A DNA stretch of 64,000 bases from Minisyncoccota bacterium (GTDB lineage: Bacteria > Patescibacteriota > Minisyncoccia > Minisyncoccales > JAGOPM01). Positions 19,902 through 28,879 of this stretch are shown here, in pieces. Both the position numbers and the translations under genes were made by a program. The DNA is taken from NCBI GenBank assembly GCA_041651395.1, contig JBAZJI010000001.1:635920-699919 (forward strand). The letters run 5' to 3'. Positions within the stretch are counted from its first letter, which is position 1; every line of letters begins with the position of its first letter. The notes under the pieces were generated by a model, which was not told the DNA's origin, ran no database searches, and saw nothing but the letters and a program-made list of their open reading frames with translations.

Positions 19902-20474
19902 TTAAGCTTCGTCAACGTATTTTGAAATAAATCTTTGTTTTGCAGATTCCCACATTTCATCAGTAGTTAAGATTTTTTCGTATTGATATATTCTTCCTCC
20001 AGCCCCAAAAGCTTTCAAAAACTGATTGAGATATATTCTTGGGTTTACCAGCAAAAACTCATCCTCAATTTTCCAACCTTCAGCCATATCAAAATCATAG
20101 CTAAAGCTGTGTCCGGCCACATTTATCCAACGATGAGCAATCACATTTCTCCACTCGTGAATTCTAGAGGCAACCGTTGAGAACTTTGTATCCGGTGTAT
20201 CACCATCAATAAAGTTTTCCAGAAAGAGTTTATAGCCATCCTCACCACCCTTGTTAAATAAACCGTGTGCAATTGTAAGAGCGATAGAATGAGTTCCTAA
20301 AAACATTAAAGTCGTCTGATAGTTTCCAGTATTATCAAAAACTGTTCGCAACTCATTAATAAAATAATTAGCCATTGAGTTTGTGATCGTCGCAACAACC
20401 TCATACGGTGGATTTTCTGTAAACCTTTTTAATCGTTTTCCCCTTGTCTCTCCTAAATGTGCATTGTTCTTCAT
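19902..20474 (-). CDS. small HEPN-like protein (Rx4H motif)
   Basis: 190 aa with EWRNVIAHRW (nt 20129-20161). Last gene of the tightly packed array. Confidence 0.5.
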   Translation of the reverse strand: MKNNAHLGETRGKRLKRFTENPPYEVVATITNSMANYFINELRTVFDNTGNYQTTLMFLGTHSIALTIAHGLFNKGGEDGYKLFLENFIDGDTPDTKFSTVASRIHEWRNVIAHRWINVAGHSFSYDFDMAEGWKIEDEFLLVNPRIYLNQFLKAFGAGGRIYQYEKILTTDEMWESAKQRFISKYVDEA

Positions 20475-20479
20475 AAAAG

Positions 20480-20992
20480 TTATTTTGATGTAATAAAAAC
20501 ACGTTTTCTCTTGAGTAATAAATAAACAATGCTCAATATCAAAGTTATGCCGACCGGTGGTATCGCATACAGCACGAGATTAGCGATATTGAATAAGATT
20601 GATATTCCGCCATTCAAAATATTAAACAACCACGGCACGAGATAAGAGTAGGAAATGTACATCAGAAATAGCCAGAGTACTGCCTTGATGAAATTATAAA
20701 GCTCCCACATGCCAAAAGCTTTGACCACAATGTCGTGCAGTACTTTGTAAAATTTAATCACGTATAGAAACAAGCCGATCGTACAAAAAGTAAAAGCACT
20801 ATAAAACACCCGGACAAAAATGCTTGGTGCAGACAATGGACTGATTGATTGCCATTGAAACTTAATTCCCAAAACAAAATGCCAGAGTAACAATACAAAA
20901 GCCAAAATCACGTAAGTTGTGGCCGAGCCCACTACCTCCTTAGCGTTTTTTAGCAGAACCTTTTTGTGCCAATTATTGCTTTGCGTTTTCAT
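20480..20992 (-). CDS. four-helix membrane protein
   Basis: 170 aa with about four hydrophobic helices. Its start overlaps the upstream stop by 4 nt. Confidence 0.55.
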   Translation of the reverse strand: MKTQSNNWHKKVLLKNAKEVVGSATTYVILAFVLLLWHFVLGIKFQWQSISPLSAPSIFVRVFYSAFTFCTIGLFLYVIKFYKVLHDIVVKAFGMWELYNFIKAVLWLFLMYISYSYLVPWLFNILNGGISILFNIANLVLYAIPPVGITLILSIVYLLLKRKRVFITSK

Positions 20993-22791
20993 TTTGGTTT
21001 TTCATTTTTCCTGACCAGCGAAAGGCAGATCAATACATGAATGAGACGATTAGCGACATCTTCACCCTCAAAAAGCTTCTTATTTATTCCGTGTGCGAAA
21101 TTGTTTCTGAGATTCCAGCCGACCCTCTCGGTGAGTAATACCCGGAGATAATACTCAACGTTTTCTCCCATAGTTTGAAAGATGCCTTTGATGAGGCCTC
21201 GGCTTAGTAATTTATCAAGGCTAAGAACATCGTAGCCTCCGTCATCGTTAGGCCGAATGTAGGTTTGATTGTTGATACGATATAAATTTCTGACAGCATC
21301 CTCGATGAGCGGGATGCTCAAGCAACATGCGGTGAGATAATCCTTATTCCAAAAAGATGTAAGCAATTTTGAAATGTAATCTTTATCTTCAGGTCTAAAA
21401 ACTGGAGATAAAAACAAAACTTCGGTAAATTGCTCTGGCGTGTATAGCTCGCGTACTTTCTGAAATGCGATTCTCAAAAATACAGCTTGGAAGTGTAGAT
21501 TACGAGAAAAGTTTTCCAAAAGGTGTTTATCGTAGTCATCACTAATTGAACCAAATTTGACGATCGGGTAGCCTTCCTCCGAAGCCATAACGTGACTAGC
21601 CAGATAAGTGATGGGGTGGTTTTTTGCTAAATCGTTTAACTGATCTTCTACTGACTTTTTACGCAAAATAAAATTGACAGCAAGCCTTGCCATCACCTTG
21701 TCCAACGGATCAGAATTGTCTGTGCCGAAAATTGAGGTGATGAATTTATTAATATCCTCGTTTTTGATTTTTACTTCAGTAGAGATTTCATGCATTGCGA
21801 ACTTGCCTCGTTCGCCAAGATTGCTCAATTCATTAACAATTCGTGCTCGTGCGTCTTTTGCGAATTGAAAAGATGCATACTCAAGATAAATATCAATGAG
21901 TTTCTCAAGATAATTACTGATAAGCATTCCATCCGAATTTGCGTACTTATTTTTTCGGTATGATGCCTCGAAATCATCGAGTACTCTTTTTAGGTTGGCT
22001 TCATCCTGATTTGCGGAATAGTAAGGTGCGAGCAGTCGGACTGCACATTCCACGCGCCATGGGTCTGGGTCTTCGGTTGTCATAAGCCGTTTCAGACGAT
22101 CTTCAAGGTCGGTGAGTAATTTCGTTTTATCCTCATCCGAAAGAGTAATCTTCCCAGTCTTATCCAAAACCAGCCACTTAAATGCGTGACCCCAGAGACC
22201 GGGCTTGTCGTCTTCGGCATATTTACCCTCGGTCGCTATGATGCTGTCCTTAAGTTTGTGAATTCGCACACTGTCGTTGATTTGAATAGCTAACCCCAAT
22301 GCACGCTCGAGCTTATCTTTGCAACCTAATCCATCATCAAGACTAGCGACACAAATTTCTATTGCAGAATCTATAACCTTTTGAGCGATTATGAAATCAA
22401 TACTTTTCTTCAAAACAACGGGTTCGAAATCAAATACTAGATCCGAATAACGGTAAGCTAAAATCGGATGCCTGCATTCACCGGCTCGTTTTCTCCAGTA
22501 ATTCAATGTTTCCTCGTCAACCTGTTTGATGCTTGGAAACTCTGTAAACTGACCCTGATCATTTTTCCAAACAATCATAGGCCCGTGGTAGGTTCCCCAA
22601 CCAGTATCTTTAGTCGGATAATGAGCCATAAACTGGAAAGCAATGTACTCGGCTAATTCCTCTTTATCTGTAAGTTTTTCCTGTTTTGCATTCAGAACCC
22701 GTCCAATCTTTTCACCCAACACAAATTCCTCGATCGGCTCGATCTTGTTTTCTAACTCAACAAAATAATCTTGTAACGCTTTTCTGATCAT
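20989..22791 (-). CDS. DUF4209-like protein with C-terminal HEPN-type Rx4H motif
   Basis: 600 aa. The C-terminal GWNLRNNFAHG (nt 21081-21122) is the motif I recall as the DUF4209 signature. Its start overlaps the upstream stop (ATGA). Confidence 0.55.
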   Translation of the reverse strand: MIRKALQDYFVELENKIEPIEEFVLGEKIGRVLNAKQEKLTDKEELAEYIAFQFMAHYPTKDTGWGTYHGPMIVWKNDQGQFTEFPSIKQVDEETLNYWRKRAGECRHPILAYRYSDLVFDFEPVVLKKSIDFIIAQKVIDSAIEICVASLDDGLGCKDKLERALGLAIQINDSVRIHKLKDSIIATEGKYAEDDKPGLWGHAFKWLVLDKTGKITLSDEDKTKLLTDLEDRLKRLMTTEDPDPWRVECAVRLLAPYYSANQDEANLKRVLDDFEASYRKNKYANSDGMLISNYLEKLIDIYLEYASFQFAKDARARIVNELSNLGERGKFAMHEISTEVKIKNEDINKFITSIFGTDNSDPLDKVMARLAVNFILRKKSVEDQLNDLAKNHPITYLASHVMASEEGYPIVKFGSISDDYDKHLLENFSRNLHFQAVFLRIAFQKVRELYTPEQFTEVLFLSPVFRPEDKDYISKLLTSFWNKDYLTACCLSIPLIEDAVRNLYRINNQTYIRPNDDGGYDVLSLDKLLSRGLIKGIFQTMGENVEYYLRVLLTERVGWNLRNNFAHGINKKLFEGEDVANRLIHVLICLSLVRKNEKPK

Positions 22792-23891
22792 AATCTTTTA
22801 TATAAACCAAAACCCGTTGCTAATCCTGACCCCCACTTGTTAGGATCTTGGGTCAATTGGTGAATCTTTTTATTGATAGGATCAAACAAGTGACCACATC
22901 CGAAATCATTTCTTTTGAACTCGTCAGGAATTAGTCCAAGCACAACTGTATAAATCCTTTTTCCAAGAAAACTAATCTTTGACACGAGATTACCATTCTC
23001 TTTGCTAAAAATAACGGTATGACCGATAAAACGCATGTTATCAATTTTTTCATCATAAATAATAGGCTCACTGCCAAGTTCAGCAATCACTTGTTTAACC
23101 GGCAAATCTGATTCTCCAATAATGTAGGATTTGATCACGGAGAAATTTGGATGGAACAAAATATCAGCTCTATTCTCTTGGATGGCACAATGAGAAAAAT
23201 AATTAAATGCGATTTTTGAAATTACTCTGCCAGCATCTGCCCCGACCGTACAATCCATTGAAACTTCAAATTGTTTTTTAGGTCCGTTTTTATCAATTGG
23301 GGCAAATTTTCTTTTACCTTCCTTATAATCAATTCCGAGTTTCTTCAAAATATCTATCGCTTCCTGAAGCGGTCCGTCATCGGTATCACTATTACCTCCG
23401 GTAAATATAGATACATCTTTACTCTGAACACCTGTAAGGAGTTTTTTAATCTCTAAAAATTTCTTTTTATTAAGTTTTTTTAACTCATCAACTAAAAGAA
23501 TTAGATAACCATTGTCACCATATCGTTTTATCTTAATCTGAGGCAAAAGAAAAATCCTCCAATTGTTGTCTTGGTGTTTTAAGAATGGGAACATTTCGTT
23601 AAAAAAGTCGTCTCCCAGTCCAGGGGAAAAAGTCGTTTTTACATTATTACCTCTAATTCTTATCTGGCAACTATTTTGAAAATTAAACATCTGGTAATAG
23701 ATACCTTCTTCGGTGTCTTCTTTAAATTTTGTTTCCAAGACATTAAAGATTTTTGAATTACAATTGTCACACACCCAACCTCTTAGAGTCGGATTATTTT
23801 CAAAAGTACCCATTAACTGCGGAATTACGTGTTCTCGGCCGTTAAAAGTTGCTTCATTTTCTTTTTTATCACAGTAAATGCATCTAGACAT
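22788..23891 (-). CDS. HNH-type nuclease-domain protein with unassigned ~300-aa C-terminal region
   Basis: N-terminal CIYC...EHVIPQLMG...CDNCN, the Cys4/His-Asn pattern of HNH endonucleases. Confidence 0.5.
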   Translation of the reverse strand: MSRCIYCDKKENEATFNGREHVIPQLMGTFENNPTLRGWVCDNCNSKIFNVLETKFKEDTEEGIYYQMFNFQNSCQIRIRGNNVKTTFSPGLGDDFFNEMFPFLKHQDNNWRIFLLPQIKIKRYGDNGYLILLVDELKKLNKKKFLEIKKLLTGVQSKDVSIFTGGNSDTDDGPLQEAIDILKKLGIDYKEGKRKFAPIDKNGPKKQFEVSMDCTVGADAGRVISKIAFNYFSHCAIQENRADILFHPNFSVIKSYIIGESDLPVKQVIAELGSEPIIYDEKIDNMRFIGHTVIFSKENGNLVSKISFLGKRIYTVVLGLIPDEFKRNDFGCGHLFDPINKKIHQLTQDPNKWGSGLATGFGLYKRL

Positions 23892-23898
23892 AAATTTA

Positions 23899-24645
23899 TT
23901 AATACTTCCACTCCTCGTACGACAAAATGAAGCTGTTCAGTTCTTCTTTTATGCCTTTCCACTTCGGGATGTATTTTGCCATTAGGGCGACAAATTTGTC
24001 GCTGTGTTTTTTCTCAATCAAATGTAAAAGCTCGTGGACTACGACATACTCCACGCAGGCAATCGGCTTTTTGGCCAGCTCTAAATTTATCAAGACTCGA
24101 GCTCGCTTGTGATTACAAGTACCCCAGCGAGTCTTCATCTGCTTGATACCCCAATACTTAACCTCTACACCCATTTTCTTTTGCCATTTGGTAATCAGAT
24201 CACCGACAATCACATGCAACTCTTTGCGATACCAGTCCATCATCACTTCTCGACGCTTGATCGCCGGACTCTTTGGTCGAACCTGTAAAATAATCTTGTT
24301 TTTGCCTTTCAAGGTAACAACAGGTGCCTCGTCTTTATAAACCACTTCAAGGCGGTAGCGTTTGCCAAAAAAGTAATGGCTTTCACCGGAGGAATAATCA
24401 CGCTTGGTCTGTCTTTCTTGACCGGTAAATTTGGCTTGCTGTTTCTTAATCCACGGCAGTCTCAAAGCCAAGAGCGTGCGAATAGCATCGTCTTTCATAT
24501 TTGCCGGTGCGGTTACGCGAACCCAACCGTTGGGAGGCAAAACCGAAAGGTGCAAGTTCTTGATCGGCTTGCGAACGACCAGAGCCTCAACACTGCCAAG
24601 TTGTAGATAAGAATTAGTACTCATTTTGATTCTTGATGATCTCAA
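23899..24645 (-). CDS. YgjP-like (DUF45 / M48-type) zinc metallopeptidase associated with type I R-M
   Basis: WGTCNHKRARVLINLELAK...YVVVHELLHLIEKKHSDKF (HExxH). An alternative start at 24624 is possible. Either start overlaps the end of hsdR. Confidence 0.75.
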   Translation of the reverse strand: MRSSRIKMSTNSYLQLGSVEALVVRKPIKNLHLSVLPPNGWVRVTAPANMKDDAIRTLLALRLPWIKKQQAKFTGQERQTKRDYSSGESHYFFGKRYRLEVVYKDEAPVVTLKGKNKIILQVRPKSPAIKRREVMMDWYRKELHVIVGDLITKWQKKMGVEVKYWGIKQMKTRWGTCNHKRARVLINLELAKKPIACVEYVVVHELLHLIEKKHSDKFVALMAKYIPKWKGIKEELNSFILSYEEWKY

Positions 24646-27637
24646 AGAGGTTTTTCAATTCCTCGTCCGTTATTTCAGGCAAAGCATTTTTGATTTCAAT
24701 CTTAATGGCTCGCTCTTTCAAACGATTACCACGCCAGTCGGCCTGTCGTGAAGCGATTACGGCTTCATGCACCGCCACGGATTTATTTACATCCTGACCG
24801 AGGTTGTCATAAATCGCTCGCTTGGCGGAAGTATTTATTTCTGCACCGACTGACTCGTCCATTGGATTTTTAACTTTCTTGGACAAAGCCACGATCTGCT
24901 TGAGATATTCTTTATACTCAACATCAGCCTGTTTACGTTTCTTGACCAGCTCGTCCAAGAGTTCCGACATCCGCAAATAATACTTCGGGTTAGTCGGCAT
25001 CTCATCAATGATCAGCTTGCGGACGTTGTTCTCAATCGTTTCAGCAACTGCTTCCTGACTTTGTTTAATTGCATCCGGTAAATCATTCAAAGCGTCTTCG
25101 CCTTTCTTCACGATCAAATCAACCAAAGTCATATCATCAAACGCTGACAACTTCTCGCTCTCGGTAGCCGAGATATAACGATCAATCAAAACTCGCATTG
25201 CCGGTTCGTATTTCTTGAGATCAATATAGTCACCACTGGCAAGTTTAACTTCCATTCGCACTTGTTCGTAATGTCTAACTTCGTGCTCAATTGCTTGCGA
25301 CTGATCTTTGGTATAACCGGCATTAGCCATATCGTTGGCCAAGTCCGCATAAGCTCGAAGCAAATGGCTGACAGATTTATAAAGCTTCACTCGCTTGATT
25401 TCGTTTTCTTTGAGAGAGTATGGATTTTCAACATCACCGCAGAAATAGCGGATATACATGGCTGAATCTTTTGGCGGAGACACTGGTTCGCAAAGTGCCT
25501 TCACGATTTCCATCGCCTCATCCAAATCCTTTTTGCCTTCGTCCATGCGATCCTTCAAAAGCCCCATCACATCTTCCTTATCAAAACCCTCAAGAGCACC
25601 GGCGGTATAATCACCGACGGCTTTCTCCAGCTTTTTGAATAGGTCCCGATAGTCCACAATGTAGCCGTACTCTTTATCCTCACCATCCAATCGGTTCACA
25701 CGGCAAATCGCTTGGAACAAGCCGTGATCCTGCATATTCTTATCAATGTAAAGATAAGTAGCTGGTGGTGCGTCAAAACCGGTCAAAAGTTTATCAACCA
25801 CAATCAGAAGTTGCATCTGACCCGGAGTCTCAATAAATTTCTTTTTGATTTCTTTCTCAAAATCTTCCGTGCTTTTACCATTAAGCATTTTTTGATAGAC
25901 CGCATACTCGCGAGTATCGGTAGATAATGCACCGGGTTCATACGAAGTTACCACGGCACACTTAGTAAAGCCCATCGTCTGGAAAATTTCATAATACTGA
26001 CACGCTTCGTAGATACTGCTGGCCACCAGCATGGCATTGCCACGACCACTGGCTAGACGATCCTTTTTGTAGAAGTCGTCAAGAATATCAAAAACCACCT
26101 TCTCCAATCGTGATCGAGATGAAAGCAAACTTTGCATCGTACCCCAGCGTCGCTTGAGTTCGGCTTTGGCGACATCGGTAAGTCCCTGGGTGCGTTCTTC
26201 AAACCATTCGTCAATCTTATCTTGGGAGCTGATAGTTTGATCAACTCGGCGAGCTTCATAACGCAAATCCAAAACCACCTTGTCGGCCACGGCTTCGTTG
26301 TATTTGTAAGTATGGATATACGGTCCGAAAGCCCCGATGCTGTTTGATTTATCAACCTTGAGAAGCGGTGTGCCGGTAAAGCCAAGAAATGTAGCCGTTG
26401 GCAAAAGTTCCTTCATAGCCTCGTGCAGTTTGCCGGTATGAGAGCGATGACATTCATCCACAAACACAAACAAATTGCCTTTGGCGGAAAAGTCCTTCGG
26501 TAAGTTTTTCTTTATCTCTGAAAGATAGTCATCAACATCAAGCTCGCCGGTCCCGTTTACTCGGCCAAATTTATGCACGAGCGAACAAAGTAACCATTTA
26601 TCTTTTTTATTTAATTCATCCAATAAGTCTCTGGCACTTGGTGCTCGATATATTTCCTCGTTAACGCCGTCAAAGACCTGTTTGATTTGCTGATCCAGTT
26701 CTGTGCGGTCAGTAAGCAAAAGCACCCGAGCATCGTTGATATTCTCGCGAATCCATTTAGCTAGCCAAACCATCGTCAAACTCTTACCACTGCCTTGGGT
26801 ATGCCAAACAATTCCACCCTCGTGACGATTGACATAATCCTGCGCCGCTTTAATGCCAAAATATTGATTGTGTCGGCAAGTCTTTTTTATACCGCTGTCA
26901 AAGACAATAAAGTCGTGGATGATTTCCAGCAGTCGCTTCTTATCACATATCTGCAAAATGGCTCGGTCCAATCTGGACTCACTGCCAAGCCCCATCTCTT
27001 TCCAAGACAGGTAATGCTGTTCGGGAGTTTCGGTTGTGCCATAACGCAAACCCTCGGTATCATTACCGGCCATTACCAACTGAATTGTGCCGAAAAATGT
27101 TTTGATAAATTCTTCTTTTTGATTGCCGATGTTTTGGCGAATACCTTCGGACACGGACACGATGCTTCGCTTGAGTTCAATCACGCCGACAGCGATGCCG
27201 TTCACATACAACACAATATCCGGTCGTTTGGTGCGGTTGCCTTTGATCGTCACTTCCTCGGCAATAGCAAAATGATTATTCTCCGGATGTTCCCAGTCAA
27301 TGAATTCAACATCCTGTTTATGCTCTCCCAGCTTCTCCCGTTCTTTGGCACTGTAGCGAAGCAAGCTATAAGTTTCTTTATTGAGATCATACAAGCTCAT
27401 CTGCGGACGATTGGTGCATTTCTTTAACTTCTCAATGGCTTTGCCGATCAGGGTTTCGCTATGACCGGATCGCAAAAGGAAAGAGCGTAAATAGACCTCT
27501 TCAACATTGTTATTTTCCTCGCGTTCTTCAAAGTTGCCGAGATAATCATAGCCGAGCCGATCACGAAACAAAGCCACAATACGATCTTGCGTTTTGCGTT
27601 CCAGCTGGCCGACTTTAGTTGTGTTTAGTGTGTCCAT
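24614..27637 (-). CDS. hsdR: type I restriction enzyme R subunit
   Basis: Helicase motif I TQGSGKSLT and motif II DECHRS. 1007 aa, immediately downstream of hsdS. Confidence 0.9.
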   Translation of the reverse strand: MDTLNTTKVGQLERKTQDRIVALFRDRLGYDYLGNFEEREENNNVEEVYLRSFLLRSGHSETLIGKAIEKLKKCTNRPQMSLYDLNKETYSLLRYSAKEREKLGEHKQDVEFIDWEHPENNHFAIAEEVTIKGNRTKRPDIVLYVNGIAVGVIELKRSIVSVSEGIRQNIGNQKEEFIKTFFGTIQLVMAGNDTEGLRYGTTETPEQHYLSWKEMGLGSESRLDRAILQICDKKRLLEIIHDFIVFDSGIKKTCRHNQYFGIKAAQDYVNRHEGGIVWHTQGSGKSLTMVWLAKWIRENINDARVLLLTDRTELDQQIKQVFDGVNEEIYRAPSARDLLDELNKKDKWLLCSLVHKFGRVNGTGELDVDDYLSEIKKNLPKDFSAKGNLFVFVDECHRSHTGKLHEAMKELLPTATFLGFTGTPLLKVDKSNSIGAFGPYIHTYKYNEAVADKVVLDLRYEARRVDQTISSQDKIDEWFEERTQGLTDVAKAELKRRWGTMQSLLSSRSRLEKVVFDILDDFYKKDRLASGRGNAMLVASSIYEACQYYEIFQTMGFTKCAVVTSYEPGALSTDTREYAVYQKMLNGKSTEDFEKEIKKKFIETPGQMQLLIVVDKLLTGFDAPPATYLYIDKNMQDHGLFQAICRVNRLDGEDKEYGYIVDYRDLFKKLEKAVGDYTAGALEGFDKEDVMGLLKDRMDEGKKDLDEAMEIVKALCEPVSPPKDSAMYIRYFCGDVENPYSLKENEIKRVKLYKSVSHLLRAYADLANDMANAGYTKDQSQAIEHEVRHYEQVRMEVKLASGDYIDLKKYEPAMRVLIDRYISATESEKLSAFDDMTLVDLIVKKGEDALNDLPDAIKQSQEAVAETIENNVRKLIIDEMPTNPKYYLRMSELLDELVKKRKQADVEYKEYLKQIVALSKKVKNPMDESVGAEINTSAKRAIYDNLGQDVNKSVAVHEAVIASRQADWRGNRLKERAIKIEIKNALPEITDEELKNLFEIIKNQNEY

Positions 27638-27641
27638 ATTG

Positions 27642-28877
27642 TTATTTTGTAAGTAATCTTATTTTGCCTGTTAAAAGTGTTTGCATCATTCCTTGTTTAA
27701 TATTTTGGTATTTGGTAAGTTGCGATTCTAGTTTTTCAATTTCGGTGTCCATGTCGGAGAGGACAGTGGCGATAGCGACTTGTTCTGGCTCTTCCGGCAT
27801 TACAATCTCCAAATCTAGTAAATCTTTCCCTTGCAAATGGTGAATTGTTATTCCTTTTGTTTTTTGAGCAATATCATTTTTATAGATATGTGTTAAGCAA
27901 TAAGCAAGAAAAATTGAATCGTACACATTTCGTAGTTTACGAATAATATTAATGTCGCCACCAAGTAAAATATTATCAGACAGCAACGCTGATGCTTTTG
28001 CTAAATCAATACCAGTTGTAGTAGTTGATCCCGGGATCAAAATATCACCCTTTTTTGAAAGAACACCTTCTTCAAAATCGGTCTTGCTGTAAACATCCTT
28101 TATTATTTCAAGATAAGTTGTGAATAATTCGCCATATAAAATACACGGATATTTTCCCGAGAAAGATAATTTTCCTTTTGATAATCCCTGTCCCTTAGTA
28201 GTCTGTGCAATTTCTCCTAATTTTTTTACTTCCCATTTACCGCTAGAACCGGCGAGGCGACGCTTGCCTGTAAGTAATTCCTGCATCGCACCCTGTTTGA
28301 TATTCTTTTTCTTTTGGATTAGTTTTTCGGTTTTTGTAATCAGTGCATCTGTATCGGATAGGATAGAGATAATAGCAGTTTGTTGAGGCTTGGTAGGACA
28401 AATAAATTTAGTACTCTTTAAAATACTATTGTACAACCGTTGAATTGTTCCACCTTCAGTATTGTATTTTACAATTTGAAAAACATAATACAGATAACCA
28501 TTGGAAATCAGTTCTTCGTTGTTATCAATCCAGACTATATTTGAATCCTGAAAATATGCCGGTATCCCATCATAAACTATCGTCCTACCTATCGTGCCAG
28601 CTGCAGAAATTAATACATCGCCTTTTTTGGGAAATGAAAACCTGTGTCGGTAGTTATCGTATAAATCCTGTGATATATAAGCATCAGCTTCTTTTCCAAA
28701 TGTTCCAATTTTATAAAATGGAATTATACCCACATCTTTAGTTTCGTGATTAAAAATTCGCCTACACATTTTTATTTCTCCAAGATCGCCTAGCTTTTTG
28801 ACATCCCAATCCGCCGGAATCATGCCGATCTCGGTTTGTTTGTATCCTGATGGAATTTTTTGCGTTGCGGTCGTCAT
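27642..28877 (-). CDS. hsdS: type I restriction-modification specificity subunit
   Basis: Two target-recognition halves, each ending in the conserved spacer (QQTAIISILSDTDALI...IKQGAMQELLTGK and EQVAIATVLSDMDTEI...IKQGMMQTLLTGK). Confidence 0.85.
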   Translation of the reverse strand: MTTATQKIPSGYKQTEIGMIPADWDVKKLGDLGEIKMCRRIFNHETKDVGIIPFYKIGTFGKEADAYISQDLYDNYRHRFSFPKKGDVLISAAGTIGRTIVYDGIPAYFQDSNIVWIDNNEELISNGYLYYVFQIVKYNTEGGTIQRLYNSILKSTKFICPTKPQQTAIISILSDTDALITKTEKLIQKKKNIKQGAMQELLTGKRRLAGSSGKWEVKKLGEIAQTTKGQGLSKGKLSFSGKYPCILYGELFTTYLEIIKDVYSKTDFEEGVLSKKGDILIPGSTTTTGIDLAKASALLSDNILLGGDINIIRKLRNVYDSIFLAYCLTHIYKNDIAQKTKGITIHHLQGKDLLDLEIVMPEEPEQVAIATVLSDMDTEIEKLESQLTKYQNIKQGMMQTLLTGKIRLLTK

Positions 28878-28879
28878 AA

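Noticed and set aside
26795-27427. 210-aa plus-strand ORF inside hsdR. Similar antisense ORFs occur in hsdM (28910..29423, 30395..31339) and arsM (6537..7055).
   Set aside because: The opposite strand carries well-supported motif-bearing genes, so these are antisense-frame artefacts.
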